Shown here: positions 63,245-64,000 of the stretch, piece by piece
Numbering within the stretch: the stretch's first letter is position 1
Layout: each line of letters begins with the position of its first letter
Assembly: GCA_010093815.1 (NCBI GenBank)
Contig: ML996580.1
Origin: Pseudovirgaria hyperparasitica
Taxonomy: Eukaryota
DNA length: 64,000 nucleotides
Reading direction: 5' to 3' (one strand)
Position numbers and translations under genes: made by a program
The notes under the pieces: model-generated
What the model saw: the letters and a program-made list of their open reading frames with translations, nothing else
Told to the model about the DNA's origin: nothing
Databases searched by the model: none

Positions 63245-64000
63245 GGGGGAGGAGAGGGAGAGAGGGAGAGAGTAGAGGAAAGTATTTATAAGGGAGAGGG
63301 AGAGAGGGAGGTATTCGACCTACTACTCACTCGTATGCTACATCCTCTAAGTCTCGTCTTGGAGTCCATGCTACACATACCATTAACATAATTAACATCC
63401 CACTCATCTACAGTCCATATTTCCATATACCGTAGCAATACGGCCATCTCCTCTGACTAACTCCCCTTACCCGGAGTGTTGTGTGATACGATATGTCTCT
63501 TCCGGTGCTGCTGGGGTCGGCTGATAGGCTCGATAAGACTTTATTAACGAGTTTATAGACATGGACACCCTCTTATTCACTACTCTCTTACCCGTCCATC
63601 CTACCTGCCACATACGACCGTCACACCCCTACCCCCAACCTACCCGTCACCTACCCATCTCCATCTCCATAACCCATCTCCATAGCCCATAGCACAGCAT
63701 AGTATATAAACACCCACCCTCCCTCCTACGACAACACCCTAGTCCAACTGTCCAACTATAGCCATGCCATGCAAGACCCAAGAACAGGAAAACTCGGGCC
63801 TGGGCGGCGTAAGAATAGCCGTCATGTCTGCGTGCGTGACTTGGAGGGAGGAGAATAATATGCGTGGTTGGGGGCTTAGGGACAGAAGATGGCAGAGATG
63901 AGGTGGGTATAGTGGGTGGGATGGAAGGGTAGGTGCTAATGTTTGTTATTGTGGGGAGGGGGGTGGTTGTTATTGTGTTGAGGGTGGTGGTTGTTATTGC

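Noticed and set aside
1..64000. tRNA, rRNA, snRNA, CRISPR, intact transposons, telomere repeats, or a biosynthetic cluster with a backbone enzyme
   Set aside because: None recognised by eye. A tRNAscan-SE/Infernal scan would be needed to exclude small RNAs.

Overview
Gene-dense eukaryotic DNA from a filamentous ascomycete (Pezizomycotina; Dothideomycete-like by inference). It has mostly short (about 45-55 nt) GT-AG introns with CTRAY-like branch sites. I can support about 21 protein-coding loci. Housekeeping genes: complex I NDUFS4, ATP synthase subunit f, Nup84, SUMO, GCP4, DCC1, a Bud3-like RhoGEF, CCT1, ProRS and PEX12. Secreted or carbohydrate-active enzymes: an AA9 LPMO, an M28 peptidase, a GH92 and a GH15. 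Others: SNG1/DUF3533, a PQ-loop protein, a bZIP-DUF3425 factor, a P450, a GNAT, an F-box-like protein and several unknowns. I see no rRNA, tRNA, CRISPR or intact transposon. The first ~200 bp look RIP-degraded and there is a small N gap near 63.2 kb. I cannot demonstrate a new multi-gene system. The best leads are (i) a GH92 with two matching -1 frameshifts but otherwise intact, (ii) a candidate poison exon or ratchet site in the GNAT intron, (iii) an ~8 kb gene-poor tract with micro-ORFs bracketed by inward-facing TATA elements, (iv) a SUMO encoded already mature, and (v) a multi-module AA9. Exon boundaries were read by eye and family assignments come from recognised motifs, not database searches.
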